Assembly: GCA_965213765.1 (NCBI GenBank)
Contig: OZ243926.1
Span: 3,309,422-3,373,421, forward strand
Reading direction: 5' to 3'
Origin: Rhodospirillales bacterium
GTDB taxonomy: Bacteria > Pseudomonadota > Alphaproteobacteria > Rhodospirillales > UBA2165
DNA: 64,000 bases
This document shows positions 63,827-64,000 of the stretch, in pieces. A program made the position numbers and the translations under genes. Below the pieces are notes generated by a model. That model searched no databases. It had not been told where the DNA came from and saw nothing but the letters and a program-made list of their open reading frames with translations. The first letter of the stretch is position 1. Each line of letters opens with the position of its first letter.

Positions 63827-64000
63827 ATGCACCCCGCCTATTCCATCATCTTCTTTACCACCGCGTCCGGCCTCGGCTACGGGCTGCTGGCGGTTGCGGC
63901 GGTCTTCGTCGGAACGGGCTGGATTCCGGCGGCGCGCGAACTGGGTGCGGTCCTCATTTTCGTCGGCGGCGTGTTGGTCACGGCCGGACTGTTGTCGTCG
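63827..64000 (+). CDS. soeC: DmsC-type membrane anchor, SoeC-like (5' part only)
   Basis: ATG 63827 gives MHPAYSIIFFTTASGLGYGLL; runs off the window end. Confidence 0.85.
   Translation, partial: MHPAYSIIFFTTASGLGYGLLAVAAVFVGTGWIPAARELGAVLIFVGGVLVTAGLLSS

Overview
GC-rich chromosomal window from an alphaproteobacterium, probably Rhodospirillales-like (inferred from gene order and protein signatures). Conserved blocks: cca, hemF-trmL, petABC-cyclophilin-mtnP-mtnA; the complete dcw cluster (mraZ to ftsZ) followed by lpxC-bamD-recN-ligA; the F0 ATP synthase operon (atpI-B-E-F'-F); smc-dsbA-dciA-mutY; and a soeABC-type sulfite-oxidising molybdoenzyme operon cut by the window end. An accessory segment (about 10.3-25.3 kb) holds DMT/MFS/ABC transporters, an esterase, an intact IS630, a Rid/2-hydroxyacid dehydrogenase pair, a TIGR02466-like oxygenase, glnS, a LysR/TauD pair and a metallophosphoesterase. 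No CRISPR array, rRNA, tRNA or prophage was seen. The best leads are: (1) a CCA-type nucleotidyltransferase with an N-terminal membrane anchor and an ExD catalytic motif, next to a SRAP protein starting MCP instead of MCG; (2) a 272-bp structured MITE at a CTAG site; (3) seven CCCA boxes in exact 10-bp phase over the mraZ promoter; (4) several small gene relics (radical SAM, GrpB-like, and a Uxs collapsed by a microhomology deletion); (5) recurrent duplications of gene 3' ends. All family assignments come from motif recognition by eye; no database search was run, and no single new system can be proven from the sequence alone.
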